A DNA stretch of 32,000 nucleotides from Corynebacterium amycolatum (GCF_049243625.1 NZ_CP046975.1); one strand, 5' to 3'. Positions 16,149-25,480 are shown, counted from the first letter of the stretch. Notes: a model not told the origin generated them from the sequence alone. Made by a program: numbers and translations.

Positions 16149-17504
16149 ATGACCGAAACATTTCCGTCGGCAACGGCGGGCGCAGATGCCGCCACCCCAA
16201 GCACCACCTCTAATACCCCGGCGTGGCCGAACCGCATCGCGATGATCTCCATGCATACCTCTCCGCTGGAGCAACCGGGCATCGGTGACGCTGGCGGCAT
16301 GAATGTCTACGTGCTGCGCACCTGCGAGGAGTTGGCGCGACGCGGTGTGAAGGTGGATGTTTTCACTCGCGCCACGCGTTCCAGCGATGGACCGGTGATT
16401 CAGGTCAGTGAGAATTTCCGTGTCATCAACATAGTGGCTGGCCCATATGAGGGGCTGGAGAAGTCAGACCTGGCTACGCAGATGCCGGCTTTTGCTGGCG
16501 GGGTTATTGAGTTCGCCCGCAAACAGGGGATTGAATACGACCTGATTCATTCGCACTACTGGCTCTCTGGCCAGGTGGGGTGGTTGCTGTCGGATTTGCT
16601 TGATATTCCGTTTGTGCACACGGCGCACACGCTGGCGGCGGTGAAGAACCTCCATCTAGCAGAGGGGGATACGCCAGAGCCTGAATCGCGTCGTATTTGT
16701 GAGCAGCAGATTGTGGACAATGCATGCCGGCTCATCGTCAATACAGATGCCGAAGCTAAGCAGCTCGCGGATCTCCACGATGCCGACCCGTGGCGCATCA
16801 ATGTCGTGCCGCCCGGGGTGGACGTGGAGCTCTTTTCGCCGGGCAGCGATCGTGCCACCGAGCGGTCCCGTCGTGAGCTGGGCATCCCGTTGCACACTAA
16901 GGTCATTTTGTTCGTTGGTAGGCTGCAGCGGCTGAAGGGGCCGCAGGTATTGCTGCGCGGTGTTGGCGAGCTCATGCGTCGCTATCCCGCCACTAATGTC
17001 CGAGTGATTATCTGCGGTGGCCTGTCCGGTTCTGGGGTGCACGCGCCCGACGAGTTCACCAATCTCGCCGCGGAAGAGGGGATCGATCACCTAGTCCGTT
17101 TCATGCCCCCACGCCCGCCGCAGGACCTGGCGAAGCTCTACCAGGCCGCAGACATCGTCGCCGTGCCCAGCTACAACGAAACTTTCGGGTTGGTGGCGAT
17201 GGAGGCTCAGGCCACCGGCACTCCCGTTGTCGCGGCGAATGTTGGCGGGCTCTCCATCGCTGTCGACGATGGGGTCAGCGGTTTGCTTGTCGACGGTCAC
17301 GAGCCCGCAGCCTGGGCCGATGCCCTCGGTCGCCTGGTGGAGGACGACGAGCTGCGCATTAAGTTGGCCACCCAGGCGCGCGAGCACTCCTTGGAGTTTT
17401 CCTGGCAAAAGACCGTGGATCGGTTGGCCGATGTCTATCATCGAACCGAACTCCAAAAGGAAAATTGTCCCGGCTCTATCCGGGATGCGGGTGGCTCTCG
17501 GTAG
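16149..17504 (+). CDS. mshA: D-inositol-3-phosphate glycosyltransferase (mycothiol biosynthesis)
   Basis: [27 protein letters not shown] is the hallmark MshA N-terminus, with a GT4 C-terminal domain ([23 protein letters not shown]). Start moved from ORF-track 16053 to ATG 16149. Confidence 0.9.
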   Translation: MTETFPSATAGADAATPSTTSNTPAWPNRIAMISMHTSPLEQPGIGDAGGMNVYVLRTCEELARRGVKVDVFTRATRSSDGPVIQVSENFRVINIVAGPYEGLEKSDLATQMPAFAGGVIEFARKQGIEYDLIHSHYWLSGQVGWLLSDLLDIPFVHTAHTLAAVKNLHLAEGDTPEPESRRICEQQIVDNACRLIVNTDAEAKQLADLHDADPWRINVVPPGVDVELFSPGSDRATERSRRELGIPLHTKVILFVGRLQRLKGPQVLLRGVGELMRRYPATNVRVIICGGLSGSGVHAPDEFTNLAAEEGIDHLVRFMPPRPPQDLAKLYQAADIVAVPSYNETFGLVAMEAQATGTPVVAANVGGLSIAVDDGVSGLLVDGHEPAAWADALGRLVEDDELRIKLATQAREHSLEFSWQKTVDRLADVYHRTELQKENCPGSIRDAGGSR

Positions 17505-17563
17505 GTTTCGTTAGCTTCAGAATCGCCAGGGCCGTAGCCACATAAACAGGGAGATGATTCACG

Positions 17564-18049
17564 ATGAGCACGGACATCCAAGGACTGCTGAAATTCCTCG
17601 GTGAGCAGCTAGAACGTCTCGGTGTTGAGCATGGCATTGCCGACAATGCCGCCGTGGTGGTTCTGCCTGGTAAGAAGAAGCTAAAGACCGTCGTTGGTCT
17701 CATCCCGGCGCCTGACTCCCTGCGTGTCGAAGCCTTCGTTTGTCGCGCTGTCGAAGAAAACCACGAGGCCGTCTACAAGTGGTTGCTGCAGCGCAATCGT
17801 CGTCTGTTCGGCATCGGTTACACCATTGACGCCGCAGGCGACATCTACCTGGTTGGTCAACTGCCGGCTCAGCTTTCCGACGATGACCTCGATCGCCTCC
17901 TTGGTCAGCTGCTGGAGACGGCCGATGGGGACTTCAACCAGATCCTCGAACGCGGCTTTGCATCGGCCATTAAGCGCGAGTGGGAGTGGCGGGTTGACCG
18001 CGGGGAAAACCTGGCCAATCTGGAGCAGTTCCGCCACATGGTTGAGTAG
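17564..18049 (+). CDS. YbjN-domain protein (Rv0487-like)
   Basis: 161-aa ORF with AGGGAG SD. Sits in the conserved position between mshA and gpmA. Family assignment is from memory. Confidence 0.6.
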   Translation: MSTDIQGLLKFLGEQLERLGVEHGIADNAAVVVLPGKKKLKTVVGLIPAPDSLRVEAFVCRAVEENHEAVYKWLLQRNRRLFGIGYTIDAAGDIYLVGQLPAQLSDDDLDRLLGQLLETADGDFNQILERGFASAIKREWEWRVDRGENLANLEQFRHMVE

Positions 18050-18119
18050 CCGGGGGTAGTAACCCACATAGCGGGGCAACGAACGGCGGGCTGTCCAGTT
18101 TTGGGGCACAATTGGGGGT

Positions 18120-18866
18120 ATGAGCAATGGAAAACTGATTCTTGTCCGTCATGGCCAGAGTGAGTGGAACGCATCCAACCAGTTCACGGGCTGGGTCGAC
18201 GTTGCACTGACCGACAAGGGCCGCGCTGAGGCAGTACGTGCCGGTGAGCTGCTCGTAGAGGCAGACCTGAAGCCGCAGGTGCTCTACACGTCGCTGCTGC
18301 GTCGCGCAATTAACACCGCACACATTGCCCTGGATACCGCTGACCTGGTGTGGATTCCGGTTATCCGTGACTGGCGTCTGAACGAGCGCCACTACGGTGC
18401 TCTGCAGGGTCTGAACAAGGCAGAGACCAAGGAGAAGTACGGCGAGGACCAGTTCATGTCCTGGCGTCGCTCTTACGACACTCCGCCGCCGGAGCTGTCG
18501 GATGACAGCGAGTTCTCGCAGGCTAATGACCCGCGTTATGCCAACCTGGATGAGGTTCCGCGCACGGAGTGCCTCCTGGACGTCGTCAAGCGTTTCATTC
18601 CTTACTTTGAAGAGGAAATCCTGCCGCGTCTGAAGGCCGGTGAGACTGTCATGGTGGCAGCTCACGGTAACTCGCTGCGTGCACTGGTCAAGCACCTGGA
18701 CAACATCTCGGACGAGGACATTGCCGCTCTGAACATCCCGACCGGTATCCCGCTGGTTTACGATTTTGATGCTGAGGGCAAGGTTTTGAACCCGGGTGGC
18801 ACCTACCTGGATCCGGAAGCTGCAGCTGCAGGTGCTGCTGCTGTTGCCGCTCAGGGAAACAAGTAA
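18120..18866 (+). CDS. gpmA: 2,3-bisphosphoglycerate-dependent phosphoglycerate mutase
   Basis: [18 protein letters not shown] with the catalytic RHG motif, ERHYGALQG, and [10 protein letters not shown]. Confidence 0.97.
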   Translation: MSNGKLILVRHGQSEWNASNQFTGWVDVALTDKGRAEAVRAGELLVEADLKPQVLYTSLLRRAINTAHIALDTADLVWIPVIRDWRLNERHYGALQGLNKAETKEKYGEDQFMSWRRSYDTPPPELSDDSEFSQANDPRYANLDEVPRTECLLDVVKRFIPYFEEEILPRLKAGETVMVAAHGNSLRALVKHLDNISDEDIAALNIPTGIPLVYDFDAEGKVLNPGGTYLDPEAAAAGAAAVAAQGNK

Positions 18867-18893
18867 ATATGTAGGTGATTGATAGGCCGATAA

Positions 18894-18932
18894 GGGGCGC
18901 AGCCAAGTGAGGCTGTGCTCCTTGGTTTATTT
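18894..18932 (+). terminator. Rho-independent terminator of gpmA
   Basis: GGGGCGCAGCC / GGCTGTGCTCC gives an 11-bp stem (two G-U pairs) with loop AAGTGA, followed by TTGGTTTATTT. Confidence 0.6.
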
Positions 18933-18997
18933 AGGGCTAGCGAGCGCAATAGTTTTTCAGCGCGCGCGGATTGTGAAAAGAGCTTAGGGTAAGACCC

Positions 18998-20305
18998 GTG
19001 TCAAAAATCATTATCGCTGCTCTACTAGGTGCTGCGGTTATGGCAGCTGTGCTGATTTTTGGTGGAGTTGTCTCAGGTGCCTATAACGCCGCTCGGCGCC
19101 AGAGGAGCGACGAGGAAAGTACAATAACCACCATGGCGCAGGTCATGCACCTGGCCATTCAGAAGTCTCCGACGGGGGTGGTGGTCGTTGACATCTCCCG
19201 TGATTTGATTTTGTCCAACTCCATGGCGCACAAGTTGGGGCTGGTTTATGAGCGCCGCCTGAATGATGTGGGCTGGGAAGCTGCAGAAAAGGTTTTTGAC
19301 TCGCAGGAGGACCAGGAGCTGACACTGGTGTTGCCGTCGCGCCGGGCAGGGGCGCCGGACACGATCGTCCGTTGCCAGCTGACTCCGCTGTCACTGGTGG
19401 ATGACCGTTTTGTGGTGATTTACGCGGCGGATGTCTCCGAACAGGCTCGCATGGAAGCCGCACGACGTGACTTTGTGGCCAACGTTTCCCATGAGCTTAA
19501 GACTCCCGTGGGGGCTATCAGTCTGTTGGTTGAGGCGTTGAATGAAGCTACCGACGACCCGGTGGCAGTGCGTCACTTTAGTGAGAGTCTGACGCAGGAG
19601 TCCAAGCGGATGTCGACGATGATTACGGAGCTCATCTCGCTGTCGAAGCTGCAGGGGGCGGAGCCGCTGCCGGACATGTCGCCCGTGAAGGTTGAAGAGA
19701 TCGTCCAGGCAGCGGTGCGTCGTAATCAGATGCTCGCGGAGCAAGCGGGTATTGAAATCACCGTTGACTGTGAGCCGGAGTTGGTCGTTGAAGGTGATCG
19801 CAGCCTGCTGATCACTGCGGTGTCCAACCTGATTTCAAACGCCATCAACTACTCGCCAGAGGCCACGCCTGTGTCCGTGACTGCAGTCACGGAGGATAAC
19901 GACACCGTCGCTATCCGTGTAACTGACCGCGGTATTGGCATTTCTCAGGCGAACCAGAAGCGCATCTTCGAGCGCTTCTTCCGTGCGGATAAGGCACGCT
20001 CGCGGGCGACAGGTGGTACAGGTCTGGGCTTGGCAATTGTTAAGCACGTCGCAGCGAACCACAAGGGAACCGTCAAGCTGTGGAGTCGACTGGGCACTGG
20101 ATCGACCTTCACCATTGAGCTACCGCTGATGGACAAGACCGGTTCCGCGTCGAATGACGGCGATGTATCTGCACGTTTGCCAATCGGGCACACTCCGCCT
20201 GCGGGTAAACTTGTGGCTAAGAAAAGCGCGCAGCGTGGTACGGGCAAAACCCGCGGCAAGGATAAGGATTCCCAGAACAAGGATTCCAAGGAAGGAATGA
20301 AGTAA
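18998..20305 (+). CDS. senX3: Two-component sensor histidine kinase, SenX3-like
   Basis: GTG start. N-terminal TM helix, H-box ANVSHELKTPVGAI, ATPase motifs NAINYS, DRGIGI, GGTGLGLAIVKHV. Followed 3 nt later by regX3. Carries a 57-aa Lys-rich C-terminal tail. Confidence 0.85.
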   Translation: MSKIIIAALLGAAVMAAVLIFGGVVSGAYNAARRQRSDEESTITTMAQVMHLAIQKSPTGVVVVDISRDLILSNSMAHKLGLVYERRLNDVGWEAAEKVFDSQEDQELTLVLPSRRAGAPDTIVRCQLTPLSLVDDRFVVIYAADVSEQARMEAARRDFVANVSHELKTPVGAISLLVEALNEATDDPVAVRHFSESLTQESKRMSTMITELISLSKLQGAEPLPDMSPVKVEEIVQAAVRRNQMLAEQAGIEITVDCEPELVVEGDRSLLITAVSNLISNAINYSPEATPVSVTAVTEDNDTVAIRVTDRGIGISQANQKRIFERFFRADKARSRATGGTGLGLAIVKHVAANHKGTVKLWSRLGTGSTFTIELPLMDKTGSASNDGDVSARLPIGHTPPAGKLVAKKSAQRGTGKTRGKDKDSQNKDSKEGMK

Positions 20306-20308
20306 TCC

Positions 20309-21004
20309 GTGACTGAGGTACTTATTGTCGAAGACGAGACGGCTTTGGCGGAGCCGCTAGCGTTTCTGCTGCAGCGCGAGGGATTCGAGGTGCGGATGGC
20401 CGCTGACGGCCAGGAAGCACTTGCAGAATTTTCCAAAGCAGAACCGGACATTGTGCTGTTGGATCTCATGCTGCCAGGTATGAGTGGCACCGAGGTCTGC
20501 AAAAACATCCGCTTAAAGTCCTCTGTCCCAGTGATTATGGTCACCGCCCGTGACACTGAGATTGACAAGGTCGTCGGCCTCGAAATTGGTGCGGATGACT
20601 ATGTGACCAAGCCTTATTCCTCTCGGGAGCTTATTGCCCGTATCCGGGCTGTGCTGCGACGCGGTCGTCACGACGACTCCGACGATGTCGAGGAGATCTA
20701 CGAGGAGGTCTTGCGCGGCGGCCCGGTCGTGCTGGATGTCGAGCGCCACGTTGTCACCGTTGACGGCGATGATGTCGCAATGCCGCTCAAGGAGTTCGAC
20801 CTGCTGGAGTACTTGCTGCGCAACCGTGGTCGTGTGCTGACCCGCGGCCAGCTCATCGATCGCGTCTGGGGCTCCGACTACGTCGGCGACACCAAGACGC
20901 TGGACGTACACATCAAGCGCCTGCGCTCCAAGATTGAGCGCAATCCTTCCTCGCCTGAGTTCCTGGTCACCGTTCGCGGCTTGGGTTACAAGTTCGAGGA
21001 CTAA
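20309..21004 (+). CDS. regX3: OmpR-family response regulator, RegX3-like
   Basis: GTG start. Receiver domain (LIVEDE, VLLDLMLPGMSG, TKPYS) and winged-helix output (TLDVHIKRLRSKIE, VRGLGYKF). Confidence 0.9.
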   Translation: MTEVLIVEDETALAEPLAFLLQREGFEVRMAADGQEALAEFSKAEPDIVLLDLMLPGMSGTEVCKNIRLKSSVPVIMVTARDTEIDKVVGLEIGADDYVTKPYSSRELIARIRAVLRRGRHDDSDDVEEIYEEVLRGGPVVLDVERHVVTVDGDDVAMPLKEFDLLEYLLRNRGRVLTRGQLIDRVWGSDYVGDTKTLDVHIKRLRSKIERNPSSPEFLVTVRGLGYKFED

Positions 21005-21057
21005 CGCAGCTAACTGCTGCCGATGCTCTCCGCCGGCGATCTGATGAATCCTCGACG

Positions 21058-21990
21058 TTAAACCTCGTCCGGTGCCAGCCCCTCGGCCGCTGCGCGTGTG
21101 GCCGGGTGAATCGCCAGCAGTGGGTAGCCGCTCGGCCCGAAGGCCTTGGCCGCGCCCGCTGCCTCTCGAGCCCGGCAGTGCTCCGCCAGAATTTCGTAGC
21201 ACTCTTCGCCGATGAGCTCGATTAGCTCAGACTTGTGCGTGCGCCACATCGGTTCGCCACCGGCATGTGTGGCCGGCGCGCCCGTGCAGAACCATTCAAA
21301 GTCCTCGCCGCCATCGCCCCAGCCGCGACGGTCGTACTCAGTAATAGTCGTGCGCAGAATCTCCTGGCCGTCTGGGCGTTCCTCCCAGTCCTCCAGTCGA
21401 CGTAGCGGCACCTGCCAGCACACATCCGGCTTGACCTTCACTGGGTCAATGTCGTTGGCCATCGCCCACTGGTGGATGGCACAGCCCGCACCATTTCGCC
21501 ACCCCTCACGGTTGGCAAAAATGCAGGCATTCTTCACGACCTTCGTTTTCAGAGCAGGCTCAGGCTCTCCGTTTTCGTCGTCAAGCTCGTCCCACACTAA
21601 CCACGGTTCCAACGGCTCGGAGGGATCGGTTTCGTAGGTTTCGAGCCACTTCAGCGTTTGTTTGGGGCGGTTCTGCCACCACTGGGGGTCTGCGGAGTCG
21701 CCTTCCATCCGCTTTACGACGTCAATAACCCTCTCGCGGTCTTCGTCGTCGGTGATAAAGGCGCCATGGCCGCAGCATCCGACATCCGCGTTCGCGGAGT
21801 CGATGCCCAGGCAAGCGGAGGTGCCGAAGGCGCATTGATAGGAGCTCATCAACCAGGTTAGGTCGCAGGTGATGATGTGTTCTGGGTCCTCTGGGTGGGC
21901 GAACTCGAACCACTCTCGGGGAAAATCATAGGCGACTTCAGCGGGAGATGGTTGTGGTCCGCGACCGGGGCGGGGGTGGGGTTGATTCAC
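21058..21990 (-). CDS. Conserved Cys-rich actinobacterial protein of unknown function (Rv0495c-like by position)
   Basis: Start set at GTG 21990 (VNQPHPRPG...). The 66 extra codons of the ORF-track version (to 22188) are antisense to ppx. Cys pattern C-x10-C-x6-C-x12-CCGHG plus further Cys/His residues. Divergent from ppx. Confidence 0.7.
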   Translation of the reverse strand: MNQPHPRPGRGPQPSPAEVAYDFPREWFEFAHPEDPEHIITCDLTWLMSSYQCAFGTSACLGIDSANADVGCCGHGAFITDDEDRERVIDVVKRMEGDSADPQWWQNRPKQTLKWLETYETDPSEPLEPWLVWDELDDENGEPEPALKTKVVKNACIFANREGWRNGAGCAIHQWAMANDIDPVKVKPDVCWQVPLRRLEDWEERPDGQEILRTTITEYDRRGWGDGGEDFEWFCTGAPATHAGGEPMWRTHKSELIELIGEECYEILAEHCRAREAAGAAKAFGPSGYPLLAIHPATRAAAEGLAPDEV

Positions 21991-22002
21991 ACCAATACAC
22001 CG

Positions 22003-22013
22003 TAGACCGTCTA
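22003..22013. promoter_or_regulatory. 5+1+5 palindrome in the 34-bp divergent spacer
   Basis: TAGACCGTCTA (arms TAGAC/GTCTA) is centred between GTG 21990 (-) and GTG 22025 (+). Confidence 0.25.
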
Positions 22014-22024
22014 ACCTACTAAGA

Positions 22025-22963
22025 GTGAGATTAGGTGTATTAGATGTAGGTAGTAATACCGTCCACTTGGTGATGGTGGACGCCCGCCGGGGCGGACATC
22101 CGACTCCGATGAGCGATTCCAAGTCGACGATGAAGCTGGTCGAGTACCTGGATAAGGACAACAACCTGTCCAAGAAGGGCATTGACAAGCTGACGGGCTA
22201 CGTCGCTGAATCCAAGGAATTGGTTGAGCAGATGAAGTGCGAAGAGATGATTAGCTTCGCCACTTCGGCTGTTCGCGATGCCGCCAACGCGGACGAAGTA
22301 CTCGCTCACGTCGAGAAGGAAACTGGCATTAAGCTGCAGATTCTCTCCGGTGAGGACGAGGCTCGTCTGACCTTTTTGGCAGTACGGCGCTGGTACGGCT
22401 GGTCTGCTGGTCGTCTAATCAACCTGGATATCGGTGGCGGCTCTCTCGAGCTGACGTCGGGTACCGATGAGGATCCGGAGGCCGCGTACTCACTGCTGCT
22501 CGGTGCGGGCCGTTTGACCCACGAGTGGTTCGAGACCGACCCGCCGGAGCGTAAGAAGATTGACCTGCTGCGCGACTACATTGATGCTGAGCTCGCTGAG
22601 CCAGCTCGTCATCTGCGTACGCTTGGTGAGCCGGACTTGGCTGTCGCCACGTCGAAGACTTTCCGCACTCTCGCCCGCCTGACTGGTGCGGCGCCTTCCG
22701 CCGCTGGTCCGAGGGTTAAGCGCACTCTGACTGCGGCTGGTTTGCGTCAGTTGATTGCGTTTATTTCACGCATGACGGCGGCTGACCGTGCTGAACTTGA
22801 GGGTGTTAGTGCAAATCGTTCTCACCAAATTGTCGCAGGTGCTCTCGTTGCGGAGGCTAGTATGCGAGCATTGGGATTAGAGAAGGTCGAGATTTGTCCT
22901 TGGGCTCTGCGCGAGGGCATTATCTTCCGACGACTGGACAGTGACCTATACGGAAAGGGTTGA
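22025..22963 (+). CDS. ppx: Ppx/GppA-family exopolyphosphatase
   Basis: GTG start. [23 protein letters not shown]-fold phosphate-1 motif and DIGGGSLEL phosphate-2 motif. Confidence 0.85.
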   Translation: MRLGVLDVGSNTVHLVMVDARRGGHPTPMSDSKSTMKLVEYLDKDNNLSKKGIDKLTGYVAESKELVEQMKCEEMISFATSAVRDAANADEVLAHVEKETGIKLQILSGEDEARLTFLAVRRWYGWSAGRLINLDIGGGSLELTSGTDEDPEAAYSLLLGAGRLTHEWFETDPPERKKIDLLRDYIDAELAEPARHLRTLGEPDLAVATSKTFRTLARLTGAAPSAAGPRVKRTLTAAGLRQLIAFISRMTAADRAELEGVSANRSHQIVAGALVAEASMRALGLEKVEICPWALREGIIFRRLDSDLYGKG

Positions 22964-22964
22964 G

Positions 22965-24413
22965 ATGAGCGAGGAAAAGCTCACCGTTGCCGAACTGCTG
23001 GCGCGGCGGCAGAAGGAGGGAGCCCCCTCTGAACCACCGCGGCGCCGCCGTCGACGCAGCCTTGAAGAAGGCGGTGTGTCCGTTCAGGAACTCACTGGCT
23101 CAATCCCTCGCGTTAAGGCCGGCGAACCACGACGCGGTGCGCACGCTCTTTCCAACGCAGACGACGGTCAGACGACCACGAGCGATCTGCTTGCCGACGA
23201 AGCTGCGACCAACGGCACCGAAGAAGCACGGGCATCCGAACCGGAGGCAGAAGCTCCGGAGCACTCGGAGGCCGTTGCTGAGTCAGTGATAGTTGCTGAA
23301 GAGGCGGATTCTTCGGAGCATGAGGTTCAAGCTGAGGCCGAGGCTGAAGCTGCTGCTCCGGAAGAGGACGAGCCGGAATTAATTGAGGCTGACACCGAGG
23401 TCGCTGATGCCGAAGTAGCTGACGCCGAGGTCGCTGACGTCGAAGCTGACGAAGTTGCCGAAGAACCGGCTGCTCCGGCTGTTCCGGTTGCTCCGGCAAC
23501 TCCGCAGCAGGAACAAGCTGCGCCGAGCACGCCAACTACGCAGCCAGCAGCCACTGCAGTGCCATTGGCAATTCCGATGGAACCCCGTCCGGTCATGGTC
23601 AACTCCGAGCGTTCGGAGATTACCTACACCTTCACCGAACTGCGTGACATGGCAGACGAGTCGCAGCAGATTGGGGAGCCGGGGCCAGTCGCTCGTGCAG
23701 TACTCACCGGTTCCAACGCTTACGACGACCGTCCGACTGCCTCCATTCCGGTTGTCCAGGGCAGTGTCGACGAAGAGGCTGCGGCATCCGCGGAATCGGA
23801 TGACGTCGACGGTGAACAGCTTGCTGAGGCCGAAACAACAGAAGCTCCGGAAGAACAAACCCGTGTGCTGCAGCAGGCGGAAGAGGCAGACGCAGTCGGT
23901 GAGACTGAAGCTGCTCAGGAAACGGATACCTTCGAGGCTGCCGACGCTGACGCCGATACCGGGGCCGCTTCCGAGGCGGCAGTGGCAGCCGCTGTCACTC
24001 CTGAAGTAGCACAGCCAGAAGACGTACAGGCCGAGACCACACCGACCCAGGTCGCAGCTGACGAGAAGCAGTCGGAGCCCCGGGACGTCGTTAAGCGTGA
24101 GGAACCCAAGAGCTCCAAGGGCAAGGTCGCCGCGCGTGATGGCTACGCCGAGGACAATTCCCTCTCGGTGCCGTTGCTGCTGATTCAGGTCTTCGTGGGT
24201 CTGATTGCTGGTGCATTGGTGTTCCTGGGCTTCACCATGGCCTGGTCGTCGTTGCCAAAAATCGTGGTTGTCATCATGGCTCTCGTGGTCTCTGGTGGCT
24301 TCGCGGGAATGGCTAACTACCTGCGCCGTGAGAAGGACAAACTGACACCGATTCTCGCGGGGCTTGTCGGTTTGGCACTGACATTTGGCCCCTGGATTCT
24401 CTTTCAGTTGTAG
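22965..24413 (+). CDS. Acidic low-complexity protein with a basic N-terminal motif and C-terminal TM helices (Rv0497-like by position)
   Basis: ATG 22965 lies 1 nt after the ppx stop and is preceded by GAAAGGG. N-terminus LTVAELLARRQKEG...PPRRRRRRS, a long Ala/Glu/Asp/Thr/Pro-rich middle, and about 3 hydrophobic helices at the C-terminus. Confidence 0.75.
   Translation: MSEEKLTVAELLARRQKEGAPSEPPRRRRRRSLEEGGVSVQELTGSIPRVKAGEPRRGAHALSNADDGQTTTSDLLADEAATNGTEEARASEPEAEAPEHSEAVAESVIVAEEADSSEHEVQAEAEAEAAAPEEDEPELIEADTEVADAEVADAEVADVEADEVAEEPAAPAVPVAPATPQQEQAAPSTPTTQPAATAVPLAIPMEPRPVMVNSERSEITYTFTELRDMADESQQIGEPGPVARAVLTGSNAYDDRPTASIPVVQGSVDEEAAASAESDDVDGEQLAEAETTEAPEEQTRVLQQAEEADAVGETEAAQETDTFEAADADADTGAASEAAVAAAVTPEVAQPEDVQAETTPTQVAADEKQSEPRDVVKREEPKSSKGKVAARDGYAEDNSLSVPLLLIQVFVGLIAGALVFLGFTMAWSSLPKIVVVIMALVVSGGFAGMANYLRREKDKLTPILAGLVGLALTFGPWILFQL
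23397..23456 (+). repeat. Imperfect 15-bp in-frame tandem repeat (about 4 units) encoding (E-V-A-D-A)n
   Basis: Units are GAGGTCGCTGATGCC / GAAGTAGCTGACGCC / GAGGTCGCTGACGTC / GAAGCTGACGAAGTT. Confidence 0.7.
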
Positions 24414-24440
24414 TGGGGCCAACAAAATAATCATCACCTG

Positions 24441-24478
24441 ATGCAGGGGCCGGAAGCGAAGTTTTCCGGTCCCTGCAT
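24441..24478 (+). terminator. Strong hairpin after the acidic-protein gene (I-shaped, no U-tract)
   Basis: ATGCAGGGGCCGGAA / TTCCGGTCCCTGCAT forms a 15-bp stem (one G-U) with an 8-nt loop. Confidence 0.45.
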
Positions 24479-24515
24479 TCGCATGTGTGGGCCAGTTTTG
24501 GCACACTTAGCGTCC

Positions 24516-25325
24516 ATGACAAGAATTGCTGTAATTGGTGGCGGAAAGATTGGTAGTGCACTCGTCGGTGGTCTCATCGACGGTGGTGTCTCGCCCTCCT
24601 CGATTTATGTGGTGGGGCGCACCAAGGAGAGCCTGGCTGGTCTGAAAGAGACCTACGGCATTGTCGATACCGACGACCCGGTAGGGGCAGTCGACGGTGC
24701 CGACGTGGTGTTCTTGTGCGTGAAGCCGTACTTGATTGTCGACATGCTCGAGAAGATTGCTGACGTGTTGGATGACTCTGAGGTCGACACTATCGTGGTG
24801 TCGATGGCGGCTGGCATCACGCTGGACAAGATGGAAAGCGTCTGTGCTGTCGGCACCCCGGTGATCCGCGTTATGCCGAATACTCCGATGCTGGTGGGCA
24901 AGGGAGTCTGTGCAGTCGCGCCGGGTCGCTTTGTCACGGAGAGCCAGACCGACGAGGTTGTCGGACTACTGGAGAAGGTCGGCAGCGTTGAGGTTGTCGA
25001 TGAGTCGCTGATGTCTGCAGTCACTGCAGTCTCGGGCTCTGGTCCGGCTTACTTCTTCCAGTTTGTCGAGGCGATGACCGATGCGGGTGTGAATCTGGGC
25101 CTCAAACGTGATCAGGCTAAGCGTCTGGCGTCGGCTACGGCTGCTGGTGCGGCCGAGATGATGATGCAGGAAGGTGCGGACCCGACTGCGCTGCGTGCTG
25201 ATGTCACTTCGCCGGGCGGTACAACGGCAGCGGCCACCCGAGTTTTCGAGGAAGAGGGTATTCGCCGCGCGGTGCATCGCGCGCTGCAGGCTTGCTATGA
25301 CAAGGCCAATGAGATGGGTAAATAA
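24516..25325 (+). CDS. proC: Pyrroline-5-carboxylate reductase
   Basis: Start moved to ATG 24516 (MTRIAVIGGGKIGSAL Rossmann motif). Also VMPNTPMLVGKG and TSPGGTTAAA motifs. Confidence 0.93.
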   Translation: MTRIAVIGGGKIGSALVGGLIDGGVSPSSIYVVGRTKESLAGLKETYGIVDTDDPVGAVDGADVVFLCVKPYLIVDMLEKIADVLDDSEVDTIVVSMAAGITLDKMESVCAVGTPVIRVMPNTPMLVGKGVCAVAPGRFVTESQTDEVVGLLEKVGSVEVVDESLMSAVTAVSGSGPAYFFQFVEAMTDAGVNLGLKRDQAKRLASATAAGAAEMMMQEGADPTALRADVTSPGGTTAAATRVFEEEGIRRAVHRALQACYDKANEMGK

Positions 25326-25359
25326 GTATTTCGCCGAGTGGTCGCGGGTGTACAAGTAA

Positions 25360-25470
25360 CCCCAATATTTGGGGCATTGGAAATGGCCAGGGGCAGTAGC
25401 TAATCCGATACGCAGGGACGATGGGCTAGTCACAACTGTCACACCATTCGCCAATGCCCCTATTTTTTAT
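25360..25470 (+). ncRNA. Candidate structured 3'-UTR RNA / long-stem intrinsic terminator downstream of proC
   Basis: GGGGCATTGG (25371-25380) pairs perfectly with CCAATGCCCC (25451-25460), extended by AATGG/CCATT, enclosing about 58 nt and followed by TATTTTTTAT. The same GGGG can alternatively pair with CCCC 25360-25363 in a small hairpin, CCCCAATATTTGGGG. Confidence 0.35.
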
Positions 25471-25480
25471 CAAAAATCGC

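Noticed and set aside
20303-20311. Looked for MIRU-type repeats between senX3 and regX3, as in mycobacteria
   Set aside because: The genes are only 3 nt apart (TAATCCGTG), so there is no room for an inserted repeat.
22003-22021. DtxR/IdeR-like box (minus strand GTAGGTTAGACGGTCTACG)
   Set aside because: The left half (TAGGTTAG) matches, but the right half does not. Overall about 10/19 positions match the TTAGGTTAGCCTAACCTAA consensus. A similar weak resemblance at 18-36 was also dismissed.
21991-22188. 66-codon N-terminal extension of the Cys-rich ORF overlapping ppx
   Set aside because: The extension is antisense to the conserved ppx N-terminus and looks non-protein-like. The internal GTG at 21990 removes the overlap.
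23379-24506. 375-aa minus-strand ORF opposite the acidic membrane protein
   Set aside because: It is antisense to a GC3-biased gene and its sequence is Cys/Arg/Ser/Leu-rich nonsense. The plus frame has a conserved N-terminal motif, an SD and translational coupling to ppx.
25401-25409. 9-mer TAATCCGAT shared between the regions upstream (25401) and downstream (25839) of the HTH gene
   Set aside because: A single shared 9-mer between two ~250-bp regions is within chance expectation (order 0.2), and the surrounding context is not similar.
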